Source: Sedimentisphaeraceae bacterium JB056 (GTDB lineage: Bacteria; Planctomycetota; Phycisphaerae; Sedimentisphaerales; Sedimentisphaeraceae). From it: a DNA stretch of 64,000 nt. Each line of letters opens with the position of its first letter. Position 1 is the stretch's first letter. The stretch lies in assembly GCA_044440125.1 (NCBI GenBank), contig JBITAJ010000021.1, positions 96,001 through 160,000 on the forward strand, in the 5' to 3' direction. A program made the position numbers and the translations under genes. Positions 10,772 through 20,886 of this stretch are shown piece by piece. The notes beneath the pieces are model-generated. The model saw only the letters and a list, made by a program, of their open reading frames with translations, did no database searches and had not been told where the DNA came from.

Positions 10772-12307
10772 TTACAATGTGCTTGAAAGCCATTGACTTG
10801 CCATAAGTTCGAGATCCCAGATGTTCACGTAACAATCGGGAGTTCCTTCCGGACCTGATATATCGCCAGGATCATAACCCCAGTCACCACAGGCGGCAGC
10901 GGCCGGAGCAGTAACCATAAACTCATCGATCATACCGTCGAAGAAATAACCGCCGTTATGATATTTACCCAAGAATATATGCGTCAAAGCTAATTCATTT
11001 ATTCTCTTACCGCGATCAAGAGCTACTTTGTGATCATTAACCTGCATTGTCATCATGTTTTGCAAATAGTCAGCCTTAACTCTGAACCACTGACCAACAG
11101 GAACATCCATTGCTACAGCATCATGCGCACCATCTATATCCCAGCATCGGAATTCAAGACTTGGTTTAGCAACTCCATCGCTTCCTGCGACCCATATTAT
11201 TTTGAACCATGCAAGGTTTTGTATTTCAAACACGTAACCTGACTGCTGGCCTTCCTGATAAGGATCGATATAAAGAAGCGTATCAACCGTTATATTATCA
11301 TAGCCATCCCAGAGCTGACCGTCCATGCCATAGCCCCAGTTCGTAGCGCCATCAAACACGAGAGCCGAATCAAAGCTGGCAGGCAGATCATTGGGCTCAG
11401 TATGCTCATAAAGCACAGGGTCGCCGACTATCCTGAAACGATGTTTTGGCCTTCCCGTACTGTTATCATCAGATGTAAGAATATAACTGCCGCTAAGGAA
11501 CGTATCATTCATATGCCACAAGCAGAGAGCATCAGGCTGGTCAGCTAAAACTTGAGGCACAAGCATATCTTCGCTCTGTGCAGAAGGAGCACTGAAGCGA
11601 ACCTCATCAAGCATGCCTTTGAAATGGTTCGCATTACCATGATAGTGACCAATCAGTATTGCCTTTGCCGCATCATTTTGATTTATAGCATCAGGTCCGG
11701 CAATAGACTCATATCTGTCATTATAGGAAACGCTCATAGTTCCATTATTGTATTCAGCAACAACTCTTATCCATTGACCGGCGGGAACATCAAGAACATC
11801 CTGAGTTGTAAGAGCCCCGGTATCGTCCCATACATTGAATTCCAATTTTGCAGTACCGGCATCCTTATCACAAATAACTCGCAACCACGCAACACCTTGA
11901 ATCTCAAATATCATTCCAAGAGGATCTGTATCAGACCACGTGGAAACAGGGTCGATATAGACAAGACCATCAAACTGGAATGTGGAATGACCTACCCATG
12001 CTGCGCCGCGATAATTGTATCCCCAATCGGTTGAGCCGTTAAGAACAAGAGCTTCACCAATAGCTCCGCCGCTGCCTGTGGTAAGATTACCCGTAACCAC
12101 TCTTAATTCATGAGCTGCTCTTCCAGTACTATTATCATCTGGTGCAAGTATATAACTTCCACTAGGTACAAGATTCTCAAAATGCCACAAAGCGACAGTA
12201 TCACTCGAATCTATAAGTGGTTCGGGATACAAAGCCATACTCACGTTTACAGTCGCAAGCATTAAAGAAATCACAAGGAAAAATCTTAATGAATTTTTCA
12301 CAACCAT
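10772..12307 (-). CDS. Secreted protein with two LamG-like domains and a half-dockerin
   Basis: Internal duplication (ALWHF/CLWHM ... SGSYIL.DDNSTGR ... FKGMLDEVRF/FDGMIDEFM); tail GDISGPEGTPDCYVNIWDLELMASQW. Confidence 0.78.
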   Translation of the reverse strand: MVVKNSLRFFLVISLMLATVNVSMALYPEPLIDSSDTVALWHFENLVPSGSYILAPDDNSTGRAAHELRVVTGNLTTGSGGAIGEALVLNGSTDWGYNYRGAAWVGHSTFQFDGLVYIDPVSTWSDTDPLGMIFEIQGVAWLRVICDKDAGTAKLEFNVWDDTGALTTQDVLDVPAGQWIRVVAEYNNGTMSVSYNDRYESIAGPDAINQNDAAKAILIGHYHGNANHFKGMLDEVRFSAPSAQSEDMLVPQVLADQPDALCLWHMNDTFLSGSYILTSDDNSTGRPKHRFRIVGDPVLYEHTEPNDLPASFDSALVFDGATNWGYGMDGQLWDGYDNITVDTLLYIDPYQEGQQSGYVFEIQNLAWFKIIWVAGSDGVAKPSLEFRCWDIDGAHDAVAMDVPVGQWFRVKADYLQNMMTMQVNDHKVALDRGKRINELALTHIFLGKYHNGGYFFDGMIDEFMVTAPAAAACGDWGYDPGDISGPEGTPDCYVNIWDLELMASQWLSSTL

Positions 12308-12355
12308 TGTAAAACTCCTTTTGAATTAAAGAATTAATAAAATTGCTTTTCACTA

Positions 12356-13213
12356 TTACCTTCTGACGCTTGGAGGTAATGTTTTTATATTTCTCTTTGG
12401 ATGGAAATCAGTTCCTATATTATCACTCCAGGGCCAAACCTCTTTACTTTCAGCATGCCCATCGGCAAAAAGATAATTACTCTTTTTACCATGATTCGGC
12501 GCCGGACCGTTAGCCCTGTAGGCACTAATATCAGAAGGGCCTTTACCCCAGCCGGCCTTATCATATGCACTGAAATGAGGTCCGCCAAAATCAAGCATCA
12601 AACCGCCAAAAGAAGAACTCCTGATAGCTGAAGGTACCCATTCGGCGGTATCCCCACTTAACTCGGCGAGAAAAGGCAGCCCTTGAGGTCGCATTATCTG
12701 GTCGAATTTACGCCAGTTCATTTTACGATAAGTATCAGGGTTTTCATTTTCACCTATGCCGCGAAAGAAAGGATTCATTCCAAAAGTACCTCGCCATCCG
12801 GATATTTCGGTACCTACTTCATATTTCTTCCGATATTTTTCCTGAGAAGGACATCTCAATATCGGCAACGTATGAATGATAGAAGCATACTCTTCGGCTG
12901 TCTGACTGGTCTTTTTCTTGTCCGTATCATAATAAGGGCCAAGACGACAAGGCCACCTGGAATAAGAATCATTCAACTGTTCACCTTCAAGCTTTACTGT
13001 AGGTACAACTTGATTGTCGTAGTCTGTTGCGTAAAGCATAAACATCTGACCGAGGTCCCGCTGTCTTGTTTTACAAACCACACTTTGCGCCTGCTCCCTA
13101 GCTTTACTTAAGGCAGGCATCATTATTGACATCAATATGGCAATAATAGATATTACAACTAACAATTCGATCAGCGTAAACGCTTCTGACTTTTTTACTG
13201 TAAATTTCTTCAT
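12356..13213 (-). CDS. Prepilin-type N-terminal cleavage/methylation protein with H-X9-DG motif (DUF1559-like)
   Basis: [38 protein letters not shown]. Start moved to ATG 13213. Confidence 0.9.
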   Translation of the reverse strand: MKKFTVKKSEAFTLIELLVVISIIAILMSIMMPALSKAREQAQSVVCKTRQRDLGQMFMLYATDYDNQVVPTVKLEGEQLNDSYSRWPCRLGPYYDTDKKKTSQTAEEYASIIHTLPILRCPSQEKYRKKYEVGTEISGWRGTFGMNPFFRGIGENENPDTYRKMNWRKFDQIMRPQGLPFLAELSGDTAEWVPSAIRSSSFGGLMLDFGGPHFSAYDKAGWGKGPSDISAYRANGPAPNHGKKSNYLFADGHAESKEVWPWSDNIGTDFHPKRNIKTLPPSVRR

Positions 13214-13235
13214 AAACAATACCTTTCCTGTTGTA

Positions 13236-14282
13236 TTAACACTCAACTGATGCCGTCGAGTTTCTAACTATCAATCTTGGTTTTGCAAAATTTCTTGCAG
13301 GAGTTCCTGCCTCAATCTCACCGGAAACCCTCTGAAGTAAATATCTCAATGCTCTCATTCTCGCTCCACCCTGATCAAGATTAACACTTGTAACCGGAAC
13401 CTCACAATACCTGCCAACTGATTCACTCATTGTAGATATAAGTGAAATATCACCGGGAACACTCCAACCGTTGGAAATAAATGCCTGTTCAATTGGAAGA
13501 GCAAAGGAATCGACCATAATAATCATAGCTGTGGGTCTATTGGATGAATCTTTCTTGAAACGGCTCATAAATTCCAATGCAGCGTCATAATTAGCATTTT
13601 TCACATCAGATCCGGACTCAACCCGCACTACATCCTCAAAGCTGATAAGCCAATCCTCAGAAAACTCAAGCCCTCTTTCGCGATAGCATTCTTTCCATGC
13701 ATTAAGACGTAAATAAGACGCTGAATAACTTGCCCTTGGAAGGACAATTGAAATCCTGCGATGCCCAAGTTCGTATAGATGATCGAACGCCAACTTAGTC
13801 GCACCTTCAATGTCAGTACCAAACATATCTAACTCAGGGTACAATCTTTTATCATCTTCCAAGAGTACTATAGGATAATTATCCTTGTGAAAATCTTTCA
13901 AAACCTTACTGTCAAGTTGAGGTGTCATAAGAAGCACACCGTCAACATAACTCTGCCGTGCATATATAATCATATCTTCGATGCGTTTTTTGCTGTGGTG
14001 CGATGATATTGTAAGCATCGTGTAGCCATTGTTGTAGCACTCCTGCTCCGCTGCACTGAAGTCAAGACCCGGTCCAGGAAGAATGAGCATTATATTGTTT
14101 GATCTGCCGGTAACAAGTGAGCGAGCAAGCGGGTTAGGTCGATAGTTAAGCTTATCAGCCGCCTCCAGTATTTTCTTCCTTGCATCCTCCGTGCAACGCA
14201 CGGCTTTGCCGTTCAACACTTTAGAAACCGTCGTAATACCAACGCCGCTTTCAACACTTATATCTTTAAGAGTAGCTGCCAT
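13236..14282 (-). CDS. LacI-family transcriptional regulator
   Basis: TLKDISVESGVGITTVSKVLN HTH, YRPNPLARSL hinge, HLYELGHRRI, LIVRNST. Start moved to ATG 14282. Confidence 0.92.
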   Translation of the reverse strand: MAATLKDISVESGVGITTVSKVLNGKAVRCTEDARKKILEAADKLNYRPNPLARSLVTGRSNNIMLILPGPGLDFSAAEQECYNNGYTMLTISSHHSKKRIEDMIIYARQSYVDGVLLMTPQLDSKVLKDFHKDNYPIVLLEDDKRLYPELDMFGTDIEGATKLAFDHLYELGHRRISIVLPRASYSASYLRLNAWKECYRERGLEFSEDWLISFEDVVRVESGSDVKNANYDAALEFMSRFKKDSSNRPTAMIIMVDSFALPIEQAFISNGWSVPGDISLISTMSESVGRYCEVPVTSVNLDQGGARMRALRYLLQRVSGEIEAGTPARNFAKPRLIVRNSTASVEC

Positions 14283-14328
14283 AGAAAAATCCTTAGATAC
14301 CACATTTAGGAATGATTGACTTTTTAGA

Positions 14329-14390
14329 ATTATAACACATAACTAAAGCCTGGTCAAACGTTTTTTCACATAAGGTCAAACATTTTTTCA
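14329..14390 (-). promoter_or_regulatory. LacI promoter overlapped by two operator sites
   Basis: TTGACC-17-TATAAT. Plus-strand sites GGTCAAACGTTTTTTCA (14352-14368) and GGTCAAACATTTTTTCA (14374-14390). Confidence 0.75.
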
Positions 14391-15854
14391 TAAACACTCG
14401 ACATCATAGCAATAAAGTTTTTTAAGCTTAGACAACTCTCCCTGTAAAGACTTCAATATCAGAGATTTATCACTATCAGAGACAAGATTATTCATCTCCA
14501 ACGGATCTAATTCAAGGTCGTATAATTCAAAAATATCACCATCAACACACGGCGTTTCAATGTATTTATATCGTCCCGTTCTTACGCCTGTTATGGTAGG
14601 TATACCGGGAGCATAGTCCTCCTGAAAATACTCATAAAAGAAGCTGTCCCGCCACGCAGCATCTCTGCCGCTTAAAAATGGAACGAACGACTGCCCCTGA
14701 ACCGTAGAAGGAATTTTCACTCCTGCTATTTCAAGTGCGGTAGGCATAAAATCAAGATTCAAAATCATTTCATCAACAATCTTACTGGCCTTGCCAATAC
14801 GTGGATAACGAACCAAAAGAGGTACACGTATCGACTCTTCCCACATAACCCTTTTGTCGATAACACTGTGATGTTCACCAAGCAAATAGCCATTGTCGCT
14901 GGTAAACATCATAAAAGTATCATCGAAAAGCCCTTCTTGCTTCAAAGTATTATCTATCCTGCCAATACTTTTATCAACAGCAGAAATAGCACGCAAATAA
15001 TCCAATTTCCTTTTGTTCTTCGGATCCCAATTATCAGGCACGACTTTATCAGGAACTAACTCACCCTCACTTGCCGCCCATTTGTCCTTGTGAAGCCCAT
15101 AGACTGCTCCCCTGCGAACCCACTGGGGCTTATCGCTGTAATTATCTTTATAATTTCCCGGCTCAGGCAGTCGCTCATCGGCGTACAATTCCTTATCGCA
15201 ATCTGCAGGCGTAAAAGGAGAATGAACGGCTTTATGCCAAAGGAAAAGACAGAAAGGCTTATCACGATCTTTTTTTATAAACTGAATTGCATAGTCCGTA
15301 AGAATATCGGTTATGTATCCGTTCACCTGAATTTCACGACCGTTTTCATTAAGTATCGGATCATCATAAACACCTTGTCCCTCAAAACTTAGCCAATAAT
15401 CAAAACCTCGTCTGGGCTGCGCACTTTTCGCCATATGCCATTTACCTATCATAGCAGTTTCGTAGCCGCTTTCCTGCAGCACCTCCTGAAGCATAGGCAT
15501 TGACTCTTTAGGATCACAGGTTTCATTGATCATGACACCATTCTTATGAGCATATGCACCGGTCAAAAAACATGCTCTTGAAGGAGAACATAAAGCTGTA
15601 GTGACAAAGCAATTCTTAAAATCGATACCATCTTCACGAAGCCTGTCTATGCAGGGCGTTTCGAGAAAGGGGTAAGCCCCTGAAAACCCAACCGCATCAT
15701 ACTTCTGATCATCGGTCATGATGAATATAAAATTCGGACGCTGACCTGCTTCTGAATCGTTGACAGCTTGAGTTGTGCATCCATCCAAATACATCGATCC
15801 AAGGAATGCACCTGTCACTAAACCAGCTTTTGACAAAAAATCTCTTCTGTTCAT
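14388..15854 (-). CDS. Sulfatase, N-acetylglucosamine-6-sulfatase-like, Tat signal with lipobox-like Cys
   Basis: IMTDDQ, CSPSRACFLTG, HKAVH, TSDNGYLLGEH, DKR; NRRDFL...LDGC. Confidence 0.9.
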   Translation of the reverse strand: MNRRDFLSKAGLVTGAFLGSMYLDGCTTQAVNDSEAGQRPNFIFIMTDDQKYDAVGFSGAYPFLETPCIDRLREDGIDFKNCFVTTALCSPSRACFLTGAYAHKNGVMINETCDPKESMPMLQEVLQESGYETAMIGKWHMAKSAQPRRGFDYWLSFEGQGVYDDPILNENGREIQVNGYITDILTDYAIQFIKKDRDKPFCLFLWHKAVHSPFTPADCDKELYADERLPEPGNYKDNYSDKPQWVRRGAVYGLHKDKWAASEGELVPDKVVPDNWDPKNKRKLDYLRAISAVDKSIGRIDNTLKQEGLFDDTFMMFTSDNGYLLGEHHSVIDKRVMWEESIRVPLLVRYPRIGKASKIVDEMILNLDFMPTALEIAGVKIPSTVQGQSFVPFLSGRDAAWRDSFFYEYFQEDYAPGIPTITGVRTGRYKYIETPCVDGDIFELYDLELDPLEMNNLVSDSDKSLILKSLQGELSKLKKLYCYDVECL

Positions 15855-15886
15855 ATACTCAAAATTTCTCTAAAATTAGAAACAGC

Positions 15887-17014
15887 TTAATTACAGGTTG
15901 AACCCCATTGAACAGTTGTATCACCGGTATTACCGTAAACAGATATTGTGCCATTCTTGTATGGGTTTATATATATAGGATAATTCGGGCTGTAACTCGA
16001 ACCCCACTTCACATAATTATTACTTATAGTGCTGTCAGAACTGCATTCAGTATCTGGACTTCTCCAATCACCAAGATACACGGCACAATGCTCTCCACCA
16101 TAAATTTCGTTATAGTCGATATGAAAACCTTTACCGCTTACATGTACTCCATGATTACCATAGTAGCGGATAAGATTGTAGCGAATGTAGCAACGCTTAT
16201 CCACACCGGAAGTCGCACCTGTATTGTGATAACCTATTATGCTGTCCTCGCTGTAGCTCTCGCCGTATTCAGAGCTGCATAAACCGCTGTACTGCATATA
16301 ATTATGCCCGATCTCAGCACCTACGGTCTCTGCGATAGCAACAGTGGAGCCCATGGTATAAGCAATATCGCAATAGATTATTTCCGGGTCAGTTGAGTTG
16401 CACACGCTTATGCCGCGGGCAACTGAATCATAAGAATTGATATTCAAAGCAGGGTATCCCGCATAACGGAGCAGACAATGATCAACAAGCAGCTCTGTTG
16501 TGCCGTCGCCATTGATAAGGTGCTGATATTTCATACCTGACGTGGAATAGGTGTTTAATGTATTTATTACCGTACAATCCATTATAACATTCCCTGTAGC
16601 GTATCTGGTATCAATACCATTTCTTGCTTTTTTATTGGCATCAATTTTCAGAGTACTGTAATCATCGTCTCTACCGTAAATCTGAGCACCGTTCTGCAAA
16701 ATAATGAGCGGACTGTCATATACAGGACTGCTTGAATTACCTCCCGCTTTTATCACGGCACTAGCTCCTGATGTAACCGTCAAAATTGAATTACTCGGCA
16801 CAGTCAATGTCTTCGAAGTATAATAATTCGCACTGCTCGAAAGCCTGTATGTATCATTAATACTATACGTACTGAAATACCAGGCAATAGAACCTTGCAC
16901 AGTAGCATCTCCATGGTCGCTAATACTGTTATGCGGAATATCGTAAACAGCGGCAAACATCGAACATGCGGCGATCAAAACCATCAAAACAACCATTCTC
17001 TTTAACATAATCAT
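15887..17014 (-). CDS. Secreted right-handed beta-helix protein, function unknown
   Basis: Signal peptide; parallel beta-helix-type repeats (IRYNLIRYYGNHGVHV, IDYNEIYGG, ISNNYV). Confidence 0.65.
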   Translation of the reverse strand: MIMLKRMVVLMVLIAACSMFAAVYDIPHNSISDHGDATVQGSIAWYFSTYSINDTYRLSSSANYYTSKTLTVPSNSILTVTSGASAVIKAGGNSSSPVYDSPLIILQNGAQIYGRDDDYSTLKIDANKKARNGIDTRYATGNVIMDCTVINTLNTYSTSGMKYQHLINGDGTTELLVDHCLLRYAGYPALNINSYDSVARGISVCNSTDPEIIYCDIAYTMGSTVAIAETVGAEIGHNYMQYSGLCSSEYGESYSEDSIIGYHNTGATSGVDKRCYIRYNLIRYYGNHGVHVSGKGFHIDYNEIYGGEHCAVYLGDWRSPDTECSSDSTISNNYVKWGSSYSPNYPIYINPYKNGTISVYGNTGDTTVQWGSTCN

Positions 17015-17035
17015 TACTCCTTAAAAAAATAATTT

Positions 17036-17112
17036 AGTCAAACGATTTTTCAATTTTGAACAAACGTTTTTTCAATATCAAACAAATTAACATAATGAAA
17101 CTTTCTTGTCAA
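17036..17112 (-). promoter_or_regulatory. Operon promoter with two downstream LacI-type operator sites
   Basis: TTGACA (17112-17107)-17-TAATTT with extended TG. Sites AGTCAAACGATTTTTCA (17036-17052) and GAACAAACGTTTTTTCA (17058-17074). Confidence 0.75.
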
Positions 17113-17480
17113 TTGTTTTTTTCATAAATCTTATCCCTGATCAAGTCAAACATCAGACAAGCTAAACCTTAAATAATTATTCTAAACTGACTTATAAAAA
17201 CGTAAAAAACAGAAGAAATAGTGTTTTCTGAACCTTTTTTATCACTTTTTCAAAAATTTTTTGCATGATTTTCTTAAGTGTAAACTGCAAAACGGAAAAT
17301 CTATTGATGATAATGTTCCCCTGCTTCTCTCAAGTAATACCAGCAAGAATATGACAACAATATCTCATTATTTGTCCGTGAGAAAATCTGACAAAGAACT
17401 GGCATGTCAAGTTCCTACAAAGTTTTGGCAAATTGACGAACTTTTGACCAACTATGGGGTAAAATGGGTGTTTTGAGCAG

Positions 17481-17520
17481 AAAAGAAAAAGCCTCGTAAG
17501 CTATTAACCTACAAGGCTTT
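17481..17520 (-). terminator. Rho-independent terminator downstream of a tRNA-Asp 3' fragment
   Basis: Minus strand AAAGCCTTGTAGG-TTAATAG-CTTACGAGGCTTT-TTCTTTT. Confidence 0.75.
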
Positions 17521-17527
17521 AACAGAG

Positions 17528-17543
17528 CGAGGCAGAAGGGACT
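17528..17543 (-). pseudogene. Degenerate 3' end of tRNA-Asp (att-like scar)
   Basis: 17498-17543 matches 55327-55372 at 42 of 46 nt. Confidence 0.6.
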
Positions 17544-17830
17544 AATACCGGCTCGACTCTAAAGGCGTGGGCTCCATCTTTTTCAAAGCTCAAGCCTCAT
17601 TGCCTTTGCCACTTTTGCCACCACTAAAGTGGCGTTAGTACTAACCATAAAACTCGAAACACATAGCTTGGGAAGTATACAGACAAGAATGTGGACATGA
17701 CGCTGCATAAGAGTCGAACTCACCATATATACTAAAATGTAAAGACAGTTTTGGTATAACCTGTGGTGTCCACCTGCATGGCGGGTAGTTGATTCTTCTC
17801 AAATTTTGCAAATTTGAGAAAAGGCTAAAA
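17542..17830 (-). mobile_element. Internally deleted IS200 derivative
   Basis: Three colinear blocks match the intact IS200: 17542-17643 to 54620-54721, 17645-17712 to 54943-55010, and 17726-17842 to 55226-55340. Confidence 0.85.
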
Positions 17831-17841
17831 GACATTAACTT

Positions 17842-17884
17842 AAATTGGCAGTTTTCAGGATATTAATCTGAAAACTGCCAATTT
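17842..17884 (-). terminator. Perfect 17-bp inverted repeat, probable terminator of the upstream minus-strand operon
   Basis: AAATTGGCAGTTTTCAG-9 nt-CTGAAAACTGCCAATTT, about 35 nt past the stop at 17919. Confidence 0.6.
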
Positions 17885-17918
17885 CCTCTCGAAAAAACAG
17901 AAATTATGCATGACCATA

Positions 17919-18689
17919 TCAATGGTCATACAGATAATATTGCCATTTCGGCTTTGTACGCCCCTGAGTATCTCTGTAGTTTGTAAAATCGTCAGGTTCA
18001 ACAGAAACATGCCCATCAACCCAACCAATATTACCAACACCATACCAATCCGAAGCCTTCTTATTATGCCACCTCGTTGCGTATCGATTGCTTTCAGGGA
18101 AACTCATTGGGTCTTTGAGCGGATTGAAATACCAGCTCACACAAGCATAATATTCATTATCAATGAAATATATAGTCTCCTGAGTAGCCCTTATTGCTGA
18201 GACCTTGGTAACACCATGATCATTCCAATACACGCTGTCTGGTCCATACAAACTCTTACCAATACCGCTTGACCCGGGACTGGGAGAAACATTAAGGGTT
18301 ATATGTCCGTTAGCCGCATATGTATAAGTGCGTTCATTACCTTCAGTATCAAAATCAGGATCACTACTGTAAAAGGTACTGTCCTTTGCACTTGGGCAGA
18401 CAAAGCTATCAGACTCATTCTCCGTAGAAGCACTAACATAACTGGTTATTGTACAGTTCTCAAACTGGTCCTTGTCGCTATACCATGCCCCCGCAATAGC
18501 CCAATCATCATTATCCTGCGACCATAAGCTCGCCCCAAGGACAAGAGTCTTGAGATTGCTTCTGCATACAATCATCTTGGCACTCTCTCTCGCTCTTCCC
18601 ATAGCCGGCATCATGATCGACATAAGAATCGCTATAATAGAAATAACCACCAATAATTCGATTAATGTAAAACCTTTTACTCTTTTCAT
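17919..18689 (-). CDS. Prepilin-type N-terminal methylation protein (DUF1559-like, extended H...DG motif)
   Basis: [30 protein letters not shown]...[10 protein letters not shown]. Confidence 0.9.
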   Translation of the reverse strand: MKRVKGFTLIELLVVISIIAILMSIMMPAMGRARESAKMIVCRSNLKTLVLGASLWSQDNDDWAIAGAWYSDKDQFENCTITSYVSASTENESDSFVCPSAKDSTFYSSDPDFDTEGNERTYTYAANGHITLNVSPSPGSSGIGKSLYGPDSVYWNDHGVTKVSAIRATQETIYFIDNEYYACVSWYFNPLKDPMSFPESNRYATRWHNKKASDWYGVGNIGWVDGHVSVEPDDFTNYRDTQGRTKPKWQYYLYDH

Positions 18690-18710
18690 TTTCTGACCTT
18701 TTCCTAATAA

Positions 18711-18736
18711 GAGACGCAGCCGATAGACTGCGTCTC
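18711..18736 (-). promoter_or_regulatory. Intra-operon stem-loop
   Basis: Minus strand GAGACGCAGTC-TATC-GGCTGCGTCTC. Confidence 0.6.
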
Positions 18737-18746
18737 AGGAATATTA

Positions 18747-20831
18747 TCAATTAACACTCACCCAATCTGAAGCAAAGATCGCATAGTCTTCAATATCCAC
18801 ATTACAGTCATTATCAATATCACCGTTAATACTCTCACCACAAACAGGTAAGCTATATACAACAATATCGTCAATATCTATTACTCCGCTTCTTTCATCA
18901 TTACTGCCGCTACCGCAGCCAATCATTACAGATGCTACATTGCTAAGTACAGATTTATCTACCGAACCTACACCACTCTCGCCAAGAAGATTATCGAAAT
19001 CAAGAATCCATTTATCCCATTGATCTGCAGGTGTAGATGTTGTGTAAGCCCATGACTCCGCAAGTATCTCACCTGATGAGTCAAAGAATTTCGCAAACAG
19101 AAGCCCCTCTTCACTGTTACCGCTATGACGATTCACATAGAGACTTGCACCATCAAAACCGCTTAAATCTGTTACTGAAGCAAGCTGATAAACAATACTT
19201 GTGTAATTGCCACCGCTCTCTGTTACCGGAAGACTGTAATTCCATACTAAGGCCTGAGAACCCTCGTAAGCCGAAGATGTTAAATCTAAAGTTCCTGTAC
19301 CTGAATACGTCTGGCTTTCATGTATGCTCCAATAACCATCAAGAGCACTGACAGACCCATAACTTTCAAAATCATCTACAGTTATAACTGCTCCGGCGCT
19401 TGCAAGACTTTCAGCAGTCCAGTCTTCAACAAATATTTTCAAGTCTTCCTGATCAATCATTGTATCACCATTCATGTTCGAATTAGAAAGCATTGCTGTA
19501 ATACTCTTAGCATTTAAAGCACCATCCCATAGGATAAGATCTGACATGTACGCTGTTGTACTTGAACCAATATAGCTTTGGCCTGACTGATACCCAACAT
19601 AACCAATAAGCCCCTGCTTATAATCCGATCTGGCAAGAGCAACAGAAGCATAAAATTCACCATTAACATAAAGCATTACGTCAACACCATCGCAAACCAC
19701 AGCAATATGATTCCACTCTGAATTAAGTATTGAGTTTGCATTCTCGATAGTAAGCGAATATACGTTATTCCACCAATAATCATGACTGTAAATCTTCAGC
19801 ATACTGACCATATTAGTGTAATCAACCTCTCCTCTTATAGTAAACAAGCTGCCGCTTTCGCCAACTTCCTGATAGAAAGCGGTGTTCCAGCCTTCCCAAC
19901 CAGATTTCAGCCAGAAAGAAACAGAGTAAACACCAAGATTAGAAACAGTGGCCGGTAAAGTAAGCTTCTGTGCACCTTCAAACTTAACCGCATCATCAAC
20001 AACCCAATCAGTGATATCACCGGTGTAGCCATCAAAAGGTGCATCATATCCATTACCGCTTTGATCAGGAAATACACCCATAGAATTTGGGTCATTCAAT
20101 GGATACCAAGCAACAATATCAGGTGTGCCATAACCAGGAATAGCGTCAGGAATGATAAGGGATTCTATTTCAGTCTGCGTAAGCTCTTTGTCCCAAATCT
20201 TAAACTCATCAAATTTACCAACAAAATAATCTCCCCACCCAGGATTTGAAGGTATTCTTAACTCCCCTGGAGCATCAGCAAAACCGAATGTTTTCGAACC
20301 GATCATGTAGCCGTTTTTATAAACCTTGACAGTACTGCCGTCACATGTAACAGTCATCATCTGCCATTTTCCTACATCCCAACCTATACCTGTTGATAGA
20401 TATTCACCATCTCCATCAGTAAAAGTGATATTACCAGAGCTGGAATAAAGTGACCTTGACGCCCCGCCTGTTCCATAAGGCTTCTTGCCAATAGCAAATG
20501 CAACGGCCCAGTCAGTTGGTGCGGCATCCGTATAAACCCATACATTCACACTCCAGCTGTCTGTTGCACCAAGTGGAAGCAACGATGTTGGAATGGCTGC
20601 GTTGTAAGCACATGATGTAGCTGTAGAACTCAATGCGTTTCCAGCTACACCTTCAGAGTTGTAACCTACTCCGTTGTAACTTACACCCGTAATACCGCTT
20701 ACACTATAGTCATTCAGATTATTTTCAAATGCCCAGTGAAGAACAAGGTTTGGATCCGCACTACCCAGCGCGATTGAACCCGCAAAACACAAAACTAAAA
20801 CAAACAAAATCAGACTAATTCGTTTCATCAT
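18747..20831 (-). CDS. Secreted protein: two LamG-like domains, half-dockerin, CBM11-like domain, half-dockerin
   Basis: LVLHWAFE, FVGKFDEFKIWDKEL, WNHIAVV; NMNGDTMIDQED; VDDFESY...IDIDDI; GDIDNDCNVDIEDYAIFASDW. Confidence 0.78.
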   Translation of the reverse strand: MMKRISLILFVLVLCFAGSIALGSADPNLVLHWAFENNLNDYSVSGITGVSYNGVGYNSEGVAGNALSSTATSCAYNAAIPTSLLPLGATDSWSVNVWVYTDAAPTDWAVAFAIGKKPYGTGGASRSLYSSSGNITFTDGDGEYLSTGIGWDVGKWQMMTVTCDGSTVKVYKNGYMIGSKTFGFADAPGELRIPSNPGWGDYFVGKFDEFKIWDKELTQTEIESLIIPDAIPGYGTPDIVAWYPLNDPNSMGVFPDQSGNGYDAPFDGYTGDITDWVVDDAVKFEGAQKLTLPATVSNLGVYSVSFWLKSGWEGWNTAFYQEVGESGSLFTIRGEVDYTNMVSMLKIYSHDYWWNNVYSLTIENANSILNSEWNHIAVVCDGVDVMLYVNGEFYASVALARSDYKQGLIGYVGYQSGQSYIGSSTTAYMSDLILWDGALNAKSITAMLSNSNMNGDTMIDQEDLKIFVEDWTAESLASAGAVITVDDFESYGSVSALDGYWSIHESQTYSGTGTLDLTSSAYEGSQALVWNYSLPVTESGGNYTSIVYQLASVTDLSGFDGASLYVNRHSGNSEEGLLFAKFFDSSGEILAESWAYTTSTPADQWDKWILDFDNLLGESGVGSVDKSVLSNVASVMIGCGSGSNDERSGVIDIDDIVVYSLPVCGESINGDIDNDCNVDIEDYAIFASDWVSVN

Positions 20832-20886
20832 ATCTCCTTAAACAAATTATACATTAATTACAAACGGAACAACAATTATTCCGCAA

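Noticed and set aside
17261..17835. Short ORFs 17261-17476 and 17641-17835
   Set aside because: No motifs; the second runs across the deleted IS200 in a non-transposase frame
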